This document shows positions 52,142 to 64,000 of a stretch of DNA of 64,000 bases, one piece after another. The position numbers and the translations under genes were made by a program. Source of the DNA: the human T2T-CHM13v2.0 reference genome, Homo sapiens; assembly GCF_009914755.1 (NCBI RefSeq), contig NC_060933.1; one strand, written 5' to 3'. Under the pieces are notes generated by a model, which had not been told where the DNA came from, searched no databases, and worked only from the letters and a program-made list of their open reading frames with translations. Position 1 is the stretch's first letter, and every line of letters starts with the position of its first letter.

Positions 52142-55026
52142 CTCTGGATGTGAAAGTTTTGAGTGTTAAAGGAACTTTTCATTTTAGGAGCTAACTTTAC
52201 TCCCATGTGGTCATATACACTGTACATTTTGTCCTAAGATATTTTGACTCAATATTCATGAGGGTTATTGCTTTGTAGTTTTATTTTTTTATTTTCTTGC
52301 AAGATCTTTCTCAGGATTTGGTTTTGAAGTATTGCTAACCTCATAAAATGAGTTTAAAATGTTTTTTTGCTTCATCTTTTTTTCCAAAAGAGTAAAGTCA
52401 TCTTGGCCTGTGGTCTTCTTTATGGGAAGATTTTAAGTAAGAATGCAATTTCTATAACGAGAATAAAGCTATTAACATTCTATTACTTCTGATGTCAGTT
52501 TTGATAATTTTTATCTTTTAAAATTTAGCCTAAGTTATTGAACTTGTTGACAAAGTTATTCACAAACTTTTTTTCTTACCTTTTTGAAAGTCAGTAAGCA
52601 CTGTAGTGGTGTTTCCTCTTTCATTCCTGATATTAGAAATTTGTGTCTCATTGATCACTGAATCTCTATTATTAGGACAATGCAGATAATATCATAAAAA
52701 GATGTTAATATTGTTTAAAAATACCACTTACGTTCTTACCTCAACTAGAATATACAGCCCCTTCATTCGTTGCTAATCTTCATGTTAAAATGACATTTCT
52801 TGCTTTAATTTGCCTTTCACTGACTGCTAGTGTTATTCTGCATCTTTTCACAGGTTTATGGATTATTTGCCTTTTTCTATGACTTCTATGTTCGTATTTT
52901 AAGCCTATTTTTACACTGTGATGTTTATATTTTTCTTATTAATTTGTAAACATGTTTTATATTTAGGAGTATTCATCCTTTGTCTGTTATATATAGTACA
53001 AATATTATCTCCAAGTCCATCATGTTATTTTCACTTTGTATATATCACCTTTTATCACATAGAATCTTTTACACTTTATAATTTAAATATGTGAATCTTT
53101 ACAGCTTTCGGGTCTACTGAAAATATTTTTCTGTTTTTATAATTACAACTTTAATCCATCTGTAATTTATTTTTTAATATAGCCTGTGGTTAAAAAAAAA
53201 CTAACATTATTATTTTCTAAGTTGGCATATGGTTTTCTCAGCATCAATTTTGAATGATTAACTTGAATCTTTAGATTATAATTTTAGTTTATCATGATCA
53301 AACTTTCTAGATTTAGATCTGTTTGTATTTTCTGCCTAATTTGTATATGTATTTATTCATGAAGTACTGCCATAATGTTTTAATTGTAGTAACTTTTAAC
53401 TAAATGATACAGCTATCTCTGAGTAAATGGATACTCACTTTCTAATACGTTTTATTACTTGTATCTAAATGCTTCCAAATTATATTCATTACTCAAGTTC
53501 TTAACTATTTACCCTTAATATTAATCCAGAGCTGCTGTATATTAAAAACTGGACTAAAATAGCTAAGTAATGTTTTTCAGTTTTCATTAATATTCCTAGA
53601 TTTTTAAAATGAGAGAGTAATAGAATGTAATATTTTTAAAAGCTCATAGTTTCTATCTCTAATTAAAACAAAATACCCTGTGGAATACCCTTGTGTCATT
53701 TTACCTGGTTTCATTAATACTGGCTACTGAAGGTAATTTAAATTCACTCTTGTAAAGTGGGATTTCAGTATCAGCATTTTTTCTCTGTTAGCATACTCAG
53801 TGAGACTTATAAATAGTTATCTGCCGGGCAGTAAACACTAAGCAGGCTTGCCTATTGCAAATAATCTCAGCCAATAAATGTTATTTATGTTCTATTTAGG
53901 AATAAAGATATTAATCTGAGATCACAAAAGGACATTTGTGTTAAAGCAATTCTGCTTTGATTAGTTGCATATGCAAATATTACTCAATCTCTTTCATCTC
54001 CTTCTTTGTCAGTTGTATAGAAAGAAAACTAAATGCACAAATGCAGTCAAATCTACGATTAATACAAATGAAACTGTGAGAATTGAATAACCAATGCATG
54101 TAGAATTACCTCTCATTCTGATTGGATAGTTTTTAAATGTTGACTAAAATTTAAATAAATAAATACAAAAAGAAGCTGTCTGAAATGACCTATTATTATT
54201 TTATACCCAGATAAAACCTGGGTTTCCACTGATATGAGAAGGAGCTTCTCTCATTAAGGAGGTTTGGGTTTTTTTGTACTGTTTTCTGTACATTCTCTCA
54301 ATCTGCTTTTGGAGTTTTTACTCAAATCCTTTATCCTTTGATTTTGGGGAAAAAAATATAGAAGCTACACTAGATTCTGCTAAATCAGATAGAATTTTGG
54401 AGTCTTCTTTCTCTCTCCTGGACAGCTACTGTCAATTGGTATGACGTAGGCCTTTGTTTTGTTTGGCTGTGGTTAGTGTGTTTCTTTGCTGGTTTTTTTA
54501 AAATGTATTTTTAGTATTCATTTGTTTAGGTTGAGAGGGTTGGGAGTTATTCTTTCAAAGGTTATCCCTTCATTTTGGAAGGCCTTTTAAATTGTGATCT
54601 TGCATGCAAAATAGTTTAATCCTAAACTGGATATTTCCTTTTTTTAAGCTTTTTCCCTCAGATGCTGGACTCACATTATTGACTAAGAATGAAAAGAATT
54701 CAGACCCGGATGTCTTTCCCTTGTAAAGCAGAGAATATAGAAAACAATGAAATTTGGGGTCCCTACTACTCTTGCTTCTCCTTTTCATCTTCTCCTCCGC
54801 CTTCTTCTTGTTTGCCAATCACCTCAGTTACTATGTTTTATGTTTCTAGCATGGCCTCGAAAAGATCCTCACTTAGCTGACTCCACAGTGATGGAGTAGT
54901 GGATTGCTGGCGGGACCAATATGTAGACACCCTTAGAGGCTACTTGTAAATATAGTCAAGAGGGGTGATCAGCCTATCTTCTCACTTCAACTATGAGATG
55001 AGTTTCTTATTTCTAAGAAAACTGAC

Positions 55027-55912
55027 TGTAAACCAAAAATAAAATTCTGAGTCCTCCAACTGACTGAATGGACCCTCCTCTTAACAAAAGGTGACCAAAC
55101 AAACCTGAAAAACTAGTTCAGGCCATGACAGAAGGGGTGGGTTGGGGGGATCAGAATATGCCTCATTATACTCCTTTCTCTTCAGAGTTCAGGCTCAACT
55201 GACCAGTATTAACATTAAAATAGATCTCCTAAGACTGAAAGAACAGACAATTTGTAGCCATAATATACCAATGCCAGCCTGACTCTTGAATAACATCACA
55301 AGACAGATAACAGGTTCTTCAAAGGAAATCAAAGTATTTCACCCCAAAATACATTTCTCTGACACATTTTGAAATGGCCCTGCAAAACTGTCTCTTGTGG
55401 GGGGAAATTTGCAATCTGTAGAGAATTTCTTTTCTTTACTAGGTCTCTTAGAGTCTGACACATTTGATAAGAGGCATTCCCATCTATTCTCTCTGAAGCC
55501 AGCTATATGGAGGCTTCATCTATAAGACAAGAACCTTACCTTTCACAACCGCCTCCACCACACATCCCGCCCCTTACATTAACCCAAGCTTATTTCAACT
55601 CCTCAGGCAGCGCTTAACCCCTTCAACCAACTGCCATTCAGGAAATCTTTAAATCTACCTATGACCTGGAAGCCCACCTTTCGAGATGTCCTGTCTCTCT
55701 GGACCAAACCAATGTATACCTTACTTGTATTAATTTGTCTTTACCTGTAACTTCTGTCTCTCTGAAATGTATAAAATAAAGCTGAAATTCAATAACCTGG
55801 GACATATTCTCTCAGGACCTCCTGGGGCTGTGTCACAGGTCATGATCCTTAACCTTAGCAAAACAAACTTCTAAATTGATTGAGTTCTGTCTCAGATACT
55901 TTTTGGTATATA
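55027..55912 (+). mobile_element. MER4 (MER4D-like) ERV1 solo LTR
   Basis: TGTAAACCAAAAATAAAATTCTGAG...GACTGAATGGACCCTCCTC...CAGGACCTCCTGGGGCTGTGTCACAGG...TGTCTCAGATACTTTTTGG. Confidence 0.9.
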
Positions 55913-58900
55913 AGACCTATATTCAGTTGAAATAGAAGATGGCCATTTATCTCAGAGCATCTATCTAGAATATCTTGGATGTCCTGCCACTATTATGCTT
56001 CTTCTTTAATTTTACTTATGAAATTGTGACCATTTTAATGAATAGAGGAGAGATTTAAAAATTAATGATAAAGACATTCTCAGTAGTCTAGGGTTCAGGG
56101 TTAGTTGGAAGTGAAAACTGCTGAATGTTAAAAGAGTAATGCTGATATGCTAGACTATTGTAACACTTTCTCTTTGAGTTTGTCTTACTTGAAATTACAA
56201 GATTCTGTATGGCTCAGGAAAAAGACTGATAATTAGTAACATTTTGCTTCTACTTATATTGTCCACTGAAGATCATTTTGCTTCATTAGTTGGTCAGTAG
56301 AAAGGAAGCTCCATGATCTGTTGAACAAGTGTATTACAGTATGAATCTATGACAAAAGGAAGTTTGAAATGACTTCTTTCTTCTGGCATCCCAATATAAG
56401 TGTCTTTTGGTAAAAAGAGTTACTTTTATGTCAAATGGCTGGTTGGCAATATAATTTTTTAAAGACAGGAAGCTGAAAGACGCTATTACCAAACAAAGCA
56501 TCTGTAGTGTTAACATCTATATTTGAGCATCTTTTATTTTCCGAAGGGGTGCAAGTGATAAGAAAGGCAGAGAAATCCACTTGAATAAAGCTTTTCAAAA
56601 TGGATGGAGCAGAAAGCATTCCCAGACGCAGGTCAAGTTCAACCCAAGAACAACTCTCTCAGTGCTTTCACAGCTAGTTAAAATACAAGACCAATAATAC
56701 CTCAGCTCTCAAATCAGTGCTGAAATCCAGCAGAAGGTCGTTAATATTGATATGGTTAATATACATCAAACAGGATTCCTTTAATTTTCTGAATCGAAAA
56801 ATTCTCCACAGTGTTGACATTTCCTTACTGAACTCTCAGGATTGTTTGGCTTCAAAGGCTGTTGGGCCCAAGACGCATTTTGTTTTAAATAATCCTTCAT
56901 AAAAAAATCAGCTTTCAGTCTAATATGATTGAAACTCAGCTTGAGTGTGTTTTATAATGCATTGAACTGGAAAGACTATGGGCACTGAATTATTCAAAAC
57001 ATGGTAGGCAAACGAGTGATATGTGTTCTCATGTGGGGAGGGGGCGATCAAAGAAGTCAGTGAGACTTGATATGTCTTGTTATCTCATTTTATTTACCTT
57101 TTAGAACTCCTCTAAATATTAGAGGAAAGAAATCAATATCAATTTTCACCTCTGTCACGTTCCACACTTCAATTATTAATGAATGTCAAATTTGACCACA
57201 GTTCTCTGTACCACCTGCACTGCAATAATATTTCTGAGCCTTTATTAAAAATGTAAAATTGTCACTGAATTTCCAAATATGATTCTCCAGTGGCTAATTT
57301 GGCTTGTTTTATTAATAAGCGGGTTCTGATGAGTAATACTAATTTAATACGCCTGCATGTAAGATTAAACTATAAATTATTCCTGCTGAAGGTGATGAGA
57401 TATGACTGCTGTGTGGTTCTTGGGCAATAACCTTCCTGAATTAACCCTGCAAGCACACAATTCCTGGAAGAAACCATTACTTCATATAGCAAAAAAACCT
57501 GATATCTCTTTGTATGTTTTCTTTAGCAGAAGAATGTGCACAAACACACGTAAAACACATGATGGGTGACAAAATACACATGCATACCATACGTGGCTTA
57601 CTTGAATTTCCAAATAAAATGTCTCCAAAGGAAATGACTTTACTAGTGATTTTTATAGTTTATTAATTTTGGCCACATTACAATACCTCATGAAATCACT
57701 TACCATTCTGCTGTCAATCTGATGTTTTCAATTCTGAGACGCTTAATATAAATTAAAGCAATTATTAGAGTCCTGGACCATGCAAAACTCTTTAGTTACA
57801 GGAAACCTGATGATTGGAGGTCAAAATTGCCACCAAATATTTCTGTACTCCAAGAGACAATTGGAATATCAATGTGTATCTGCTTAAGGATAGAATGTTT
57901 CTAGGAAGAAACTAGGTATATTTTATTTAATACTAGAAGGAGTCAACAGCCAGGGCTGTGGATAGGTGAGTAGATGAGACTTTCATTGCTTTGTACAATA
58001 AGCCACAGACAATACAAGAAGTAGCCTCCAGCTTTTTATTTGTCTTTTGTACTAAGCTTTCTTTAGTATATTGCTCCTGATCAATTACACTTAAATCAAC
58101 AGGAGTTGCTTGAACATTGGACAGTTGTGTTCCCATGCCCTAAAGCATTTTTGAGGGTTACTGAGATAGAACTAATTAAAAAATACTCCCTCCAAATTTT
58201 CTTTAGTGTGGCATCAATGAACATAGCTTAGAGGAAAAGAATTCCACCGTGATTTCCTGGTCTGCCACTCTAAGGCCGGGCAAACATAAACCTTCAGAGC
58301 AAAACACTTCTACATTTGCTCCAAGTTGGGAATTTGGTTTCCATATTCTTATATAAAAGGTAAATGCGGCCTAATTTCCCTATAATCATTTTCCAAAGAG
58401 TAAATATAGTCAGTCATTCATAAGTGACAATGAAAATTAGGATTTTCAAATAGCTAACATTTCACCAATTGCTTAGCATATTTTTGTTGAATAGTGTTTT
58501 ATTTTTATCTTGAAAAGCCACTATTCACAGTCATAAACTTTTGCTTTCACTTTAACTACCAAGACTGAACAGTTGCTTGACCTATAAATGCAATAAAGCA
58601 TCAGGTCACAGCAGAATCACAACAAATATTTTATTTCATATCAGAGTGAATTGATTGTTCAGGTGCAAAACGAGAGTGCCTTCATTTTTAATCTTTTTTC
58701 TGGCTCTAGATTATTGCATTCTGAACAGAATGGTTTTACTTGAGAAATGTAAAGGAGAAATGTTCACTTTTGTTAACATGGAAATTGATAACCTCAGTAG
58801 ACAGAGCCAAGAAATGTTTTTATTCAGCTGAATTCATGTTTTCAGTGATGATTCAAGGTTTAATAAGAATTTCTTCCACCAGTCCAAAATCTGAGCATGA

Positions 58901-59572
58901 TCAGCTTCTCACCAAAGTTCATGACAGGCCATTACCTGTTCTGTAGAAAGGAAAATCGAAATACTACAGTTCTCTAATGTTTTATTTGACTTATTAACCA
59001 CTGGACAACCATTGAGTGAAGACATCATTGCTTTAAAAAAACTGTTAAGGTGAAACTTAATGTATCCTGGTGTTGTGGCCTGATTTGGAAGCTTCGTTTC
59101 TGAGCATTTTATAATGTACCAAGGAGAATAGACCCAGGGATATCTTCCATAGGCCCACAGTAAATATTTGTTCAATGGGGAAAAAATGAATATATAGTTC
59201 AGGAGAGACATTTGACAGGTAATTGACATTTCTGAGTGATAATGCTCAAACTCAGCTATGATCAAACACTGTGAAGTATTCTTCTGAAACGAACTTTCTA
59301 TAAATAAGAAATAAAAATTCAATTATGGGAGGACTTCCAGTTTCATTTCTGATATATAAAATGCTTGGCAGTTGTCACTCCATCTTTATGAGATAAAGCT
59401 AAACAAACTGAAAATCAATGACTTTTCTTAGATCCATAAGAAAACTGAGGTTGCACAGTAAACTGCCACAGCCCAGAATGTGGAGAGATAGGTGATTCCA
59501 GAGAGTCACAGTAGAAATCAGATCTGCTTACCTGAAGCAGAAGTGGCTAGAGTAATAACTGGTAGGTACAAT

Positions 59573-60309
59573 TGTAATTGCCCGATGGGTTCTTCCTGCC
59601 CATTACACAGACCAAATCAAGTCACTGAGACCAGGGCATTGCAGTAAAGAAAGAGTTTAACTGATGCAAGGCTGGCCACATTATGTGGGAGAGAGTTATT
59701 ACTCACATCAATCTCCCCATAAATTTGGAGGCCAGAGTTTTCAAAAATAGTTTGGAGGGCAGGGGGCTATGGTATGGGTGCTGCTGATTGGTTGGGAATG
59801 CAGTCATAGGAATTTGGAAAATGGTCCTTGTGCACTGAGTTTACTTCTGGGTGGGGGCCACAGGACTGGTTGAGTCATGGATCTGGGTGGGGCCATCAAA
59901 TTGTCAGAAATGTAAAAACCTGAAAAGACATCTCAAAAGGCCGATCTTAGGTTCTACAATAGTGATGTTAATTACAGGAGTAATTGGGGAAGTTACACAT
60001 GTTGTGACCTCCAGAACAATGGCTCGTAATCATTTAACTATGCCTATATTTTAGCAGAATTTGGGCTCCTCTTATTCTTCTAATCTGGTGGTCTTTTCGT
60101 TAGTTTTACAAAGGTGCTTTAATTTTGGGGAAGGGCTATTATCATTTAAAGTATAAACTAAATTTCTCCCAAAGTTAGCTTGGGCCAAGCCATGGAATGA
60201 CCAAGAGCAGTTTAGAGGTTAAAGGCAAGAAGGGGGTTGGTTAGATAGATCAGATCTCTTTCACTCTCACAATTTTCTCACTGTTGTAATTTTTGCAAAG
60301 GTGATTTCA
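59573..60309 (-). mobile_element. LTR8A/LTR8B ERV1 solo LTR
   Basis: Reverse strand starts TGAAATCACCTTTGCAAAAATTACAACAGTGAG; + strand starts TGTAATTGCCCGATGGGTTCTTCCTGCCC; approximate 4-bp TSD CAAT / CACT. Confidence 0.9.
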
Positions 60310-61407
60310 CACTTAAATGGTAATTTTGATAAAACTGGAGGCTGAGTGTGGACTAGCATGAGAGTGAAAAACTCTGGTGTCTGCAGCCTTTGGGGACTTC
60401 GTACTTCTGTGAAATTTACCTCCAGGAATCATACCAGGTTCTCACACTGAATAAAGATGAGAAGATGCACTCATGAAGATCAGAGGAAGATTCACTCATG
60501 GCTTTGTCAGTAGAGGGGAAGTTTAATCATTGTGAAATATATGCAGAGAGTATTCCATAAAAAAGGCCCACTCTTCAGGAGGAAGATTTTGCCAGAACTT
60601 TAACACAGCTGGAATAAGGACTTCTTCCCTCTCCAGCCCCCTTTATTTTTATCTTACCTAAGAGGAGTGGGACATAGTCAACATGCGCCAAAGCTTTAAG
60701 GAAATAGATTAGAAACACTGCAGCCCAGAGAGACACAGGCCCACTAGAAAACTGAGATTTAATTGTAAGGTCATAAAACACTCTTTCTTCCCCATATCTT
60801 AACACCACAACCACTGGGCTCCAGTATAATAACATTAGATTATAGCTGAAAGAACTCCAAAATGAACTCTCTCTGAGGAAGTCCAAAGTTTCTAACAGGA
60901 AAGATAAAAACAAGAACACTAGAGTTGAAGCCTCTGGTACCTGTAGCTACAGAAAACACTAAACACAGCTCAACTTCCAGCAAAGTAACATAAATCCTCA
61001 CTCTAAATGCCTATTTAGCTCAGCTTCTATTACCTGATATAGTATGTCCAGCTTCCAATTAAAGAATTACAAGTCATGACAAAAGGCAAGAAGAATACAA
61101 TATGGGAAGACAAAGCAAAGATAAGAAACAAACTTGAGAATGATGACAATATTAGAATTCTCTGAAAGGGAACTTAAAATAAATATGATTAATGTGGTAA
61201 GGAGTTTAATGGAAAAAGTAGATAACACATAAGAACTGATGGATAAGCAGATAGATGGAAACCCTGAGAAGGAATCAAAGGAAATTCTAGAAACAAAAAA
61301 CACAGCAACTGAAAGGAAGAATGAATGTCTTTGATGGGCTCACGATTAGACTCAACATGGCTAAGGAAAGAATCAGTAAGTTTGAACGTACATCAACAGG
61401 TATCTCC

Positions 61408-61870
61408 CGCCAGGTCTGTCCTGCAGACACTGGCGGAGTGACAGATGAAAGGAGTACTCAGACACAGGTATGCAGTGTAAGAGCAGCTAGGGAACTGCCC
61501 GGCACTAGTGGCTGAAGAGTGAGCAGTCCCAAACAGCTGGAGCTGCTTGCTGTTATTCAGTACAGACATAATGCTGAAAGCCTGGAGCAAACACAATCTG
61601 TGGGTAATTAATATTATTGTTCATCCTTTCAGGGAGCAGTTACATGGGTGGATGATCAAAGGTGGGTTTCCAGACAACATAAGTAAACAAGTCTATTTAA
61701 GGTAAATTATCCTACACTCTCTTGTACCTATTCTTCACCCTCTGCCTCAAGGTAAGAGAACAGTTGCCCTCAGCTTATTCTCTTCTGAAGCTATGCAGAG
61801 CCTTCTGACCTTTCAGAAGGCCTGCTCGTTTCCCTATAGCTTCTCCAACCACTCTGACCAGTCTCCTACA
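61408..61870 (-). mobile_element. LTR22-family (HERV-K22/HML-5) solo LTR
   Basis: Reverse strand starts TGTAGGAGACTGGTCAGAGTGGTTGGAGAAGCTATAGGG; 6-bp TSD ATCTCC (61402-61407) / ATTTCC (61871-61876). Confidence 0.88.
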
Positions 61871-61907
61871 ATTTCCCAAAGTGAAATGTAATATTACTCT
61901 ACCACAC

Positions 61908-62483
61908 TGCTGGACACCAAATATATACCACCCCAAAATATACTTCTTTGGCATATTTCAAGATGGCTTTTAAGAGAAACTGCAGACACATAAATAGCTT
62001 TTTGCAAAAGACAACTTTATTAAAAAGCTGTCCTTTTACATCTATCTACATCAGTGAAGTAAATAGCAGATGCAAGCAGAGGCTTTCTCTTAGGCCCCAT
62101 ATCAGCCTAAATACAGATCTTGGAAAGGTCATATTGAAACCTTGCCCAGAGATCACAACAGGCTACAATCTATTCTAAGGGCTGCTACCTGAGATACTTT
62201 ATCTACATATTAAGACAACTTTGTTTGCAGTGCAGTTCCTCCCTTCACCCTCCTGTAGCTTGTCCACATCATCCTCCAGGAACCCCCTGATCCCTACTCC
62301 ATTCTATGTTGTATAAAACTCCAGTCATCTTATCGTTTGAGTCTTAATTTTGTGAGGCTCTCGTGTATATGCACATAATTTGTATGCCTTTTCTCCTTTT
62401 AATCTGTCGACTGTCAGTTTACTCTAGAAATTCAAATTTTTCTGTCTTCAAAGGGTGGAAGGAAAGTTTCTTTCACCCCTACA
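61908..62483 (+). mobile_element. MER34-family ERV1 LTR
   Basis: ACCACCCCAAAATATACTTCTTTGGCATATTTCAAGATGG...TTTGTATGCCTTTTCTCCT..TAATCTG...TTTCACCCCTACA. Confidence 0.8.
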
Positions 62484-63178
62484 CTACTCATAATAGAATA
62501 CCAGAATGAGAAGAAAGAGAGAAAGAAGCAGAAGAAATATTTAAAGTAATAATGGCTGAAAAAAATTTAAAATGATCAAGACACCAAACCTGAGGATTAG
62601 TGAAAGATACCAATCCACAGCTCGGAGAACACCAAGGAGGATAAATGCAAACAACAAAAACAAAAACACTTCACATACCTAGGAATATCATGTTCAAACT
62701 GCTGAAATTTAAAGACAAGAAGACAATCTTTAAAGAAGGCTGGGGGGAAAACGAACCAAATTATCTATATTTTAAAAAGGAGAAAAATTACAGGGGATTT
62801 GTTGTCAAAAACTTTTCAATGAAGAGAATGGAGTGAAATATTTAAAGTTCTGGAAGAAAAAAACCACCAATCTTGAATTCTGTATCCAGAGAAATTATCC
62901 TTCAAAAATGTAGGAGAAATGAAGATTTTCTCAAACAAAAACTGAGGACATTCATGGCTAGCAGACCTGCTATGCAAGAAATGTTAAAAGAAGTTCTTCA
63001 GGGAGAAGGAAAATAATGTAAGTCAGAAATGAAGATCCACATAAAAAGAAAAGCATTATAAAATAAATTAATGAAGGTAAAATATCTTACTTGTATTGAT
63101 TTAAAAATAACTCTTCAGGTACTAGTGACAATGTATTGTGTGATAAAAAAGAGTCAGGCATACTCTGTTATAAGGTAC

Positions 63179-63553
63179 ATAGAAGACTAAAATGTGCTAC
63201 CTCAAAACATGCCTTTTTGGCAAAAGGAATATTTTGAATTGATTACTTTAAGAAACTGCAGACACAGGAGAAGCTCTGAAAACAGAGAGATTATCCTTCA
63301 GTAAGGAAAACTTATATCAATAAAGAGAATGTCCATTTTTAAGAGTATCTCCCTCTTTGTATCAGGCAGAGAAGGATGACTAAGTTAGCCTTTGCTGATG
63401 CAGAAGACACTGATTTAAGTCTACATAACAAACCATATTCTTATTTATTGTGCTTTTCCTGGTTACCTTGCCATTACTGGCCTCTCCAATACTCTTCTTT
63501 GTTTAAGTTAAAGATGCTATTTAAACTTGAACTCAAAGCCACCTATTTTGATA
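63179..63553 (+). mobile_element. MER34-family (MER34C-like) LTR fragment
   Basis: AATGTGCTACCTCAAAACATGCCTTTTTGGCAAAAGGAATATTTTGA...CTGCAGACACAGGAGAAGCTCTGAAAACAGAG. Confidence 0.7.
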
Positions 63554-64000
63554 CTATGTAAAAAATTATGTTGCAAACTCACACCCTAAAACTTTTTCTT
63601 TAAAGAGGTATAACTGACATACTCAGAGAGAGATAAAATGGAATCGTATAGAATGCTCAGAGAAGGTAGAAAAAGGAGAAACTTCAATTGTGCAAAAGAG
63701 ATTGGAAAAAGAAATTGTCTTAAGAAAAAAGCAAGTCTAATACAGCAGATGAATTAGAGTTAAAAAATGCATTCCCTTTTTTATGTTTTTCTTTGAGACT
63801 CTTTTAGGTTTTATGATATAAGCATATTCCTCTTTTATTCTTTCCTTGCCTCACAGGATGGGGTATAAGACTCAATCATCCACAGAGTGTTTTGTGATCT
63901 TTTGATCAAAGACCTTATGAAAGCAAAGTAGCATTATTATTTTGAAACAGTTACTGGCCCTGGGTGGGGGTGGGGAGGATGTATAACAGAGAGAGAAAAA

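Larger units (their letters stand above)
59329..63680 (+). mobile_element. Old L1M (L1MC/MD-like) 5' region and ORF1 remnant, split by four LTR insertions
   Basis: GAGGACTTCCAGTTTC start; ORF1-like stretches (GGAAAGAATCAGTAAGTTTGAA; CACATACCTAGGAATATCATGTTCAAACTG; AGCAGACCTGCTATGCAAGAAATGTTAAAAGAAGTTCTTCAGG); ORF 62645..62836 PRNIMFKLLKFKDK resembles ORF1p. Confidence 0.8.

Overview
Primate (very likely human) intergenic DNA with no intact protein-coding gene, RNA gene or CRISPR array that I can support. A large share of the window is transposable-element debris: L1 (young L1PA and old L1M), Alu, MIR, L2, MaLR and ERV solo LTRs (MLT1, THE1, MER11, MER41, MER4, LTR8, LTR22, MER34) and DNA transposons (MER2, MER30, MER45, MER47, Tigger3b, MADE1). 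The main gene-derived feature is a GC-rich, intronless, heavily frameshifted minus-strand NPAP1 (C15orf2; POM121-derived retrogene family) pseudogene at about 11.1-14.3 kb. It keeps an ETS-CRE promoter motif and a poly(A) signal, has an internally duplicated module, and carries a short C9orf72-type (GGGGCC)4 tract. The most distinctive structures are DNA-repair or template-switch scars. The clearest is a 120-bp inverted copy of a neighbouring MLT1 LTR plus a fold-back, inserted into the linker of an Alu. Others are a 340-bp tandem duplication and an old ~170-bp direct repeat beside a candidate enhancer. Several repeat-free, CpG-retaining, homeobox/POU-motif-rich blocks look like conserved non-coding elements. 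Repeat subfamily names and the NPAP1 comparison come from recalled consensus and protein sequences, not from a search. I found no evidence of a wholly new biological system.
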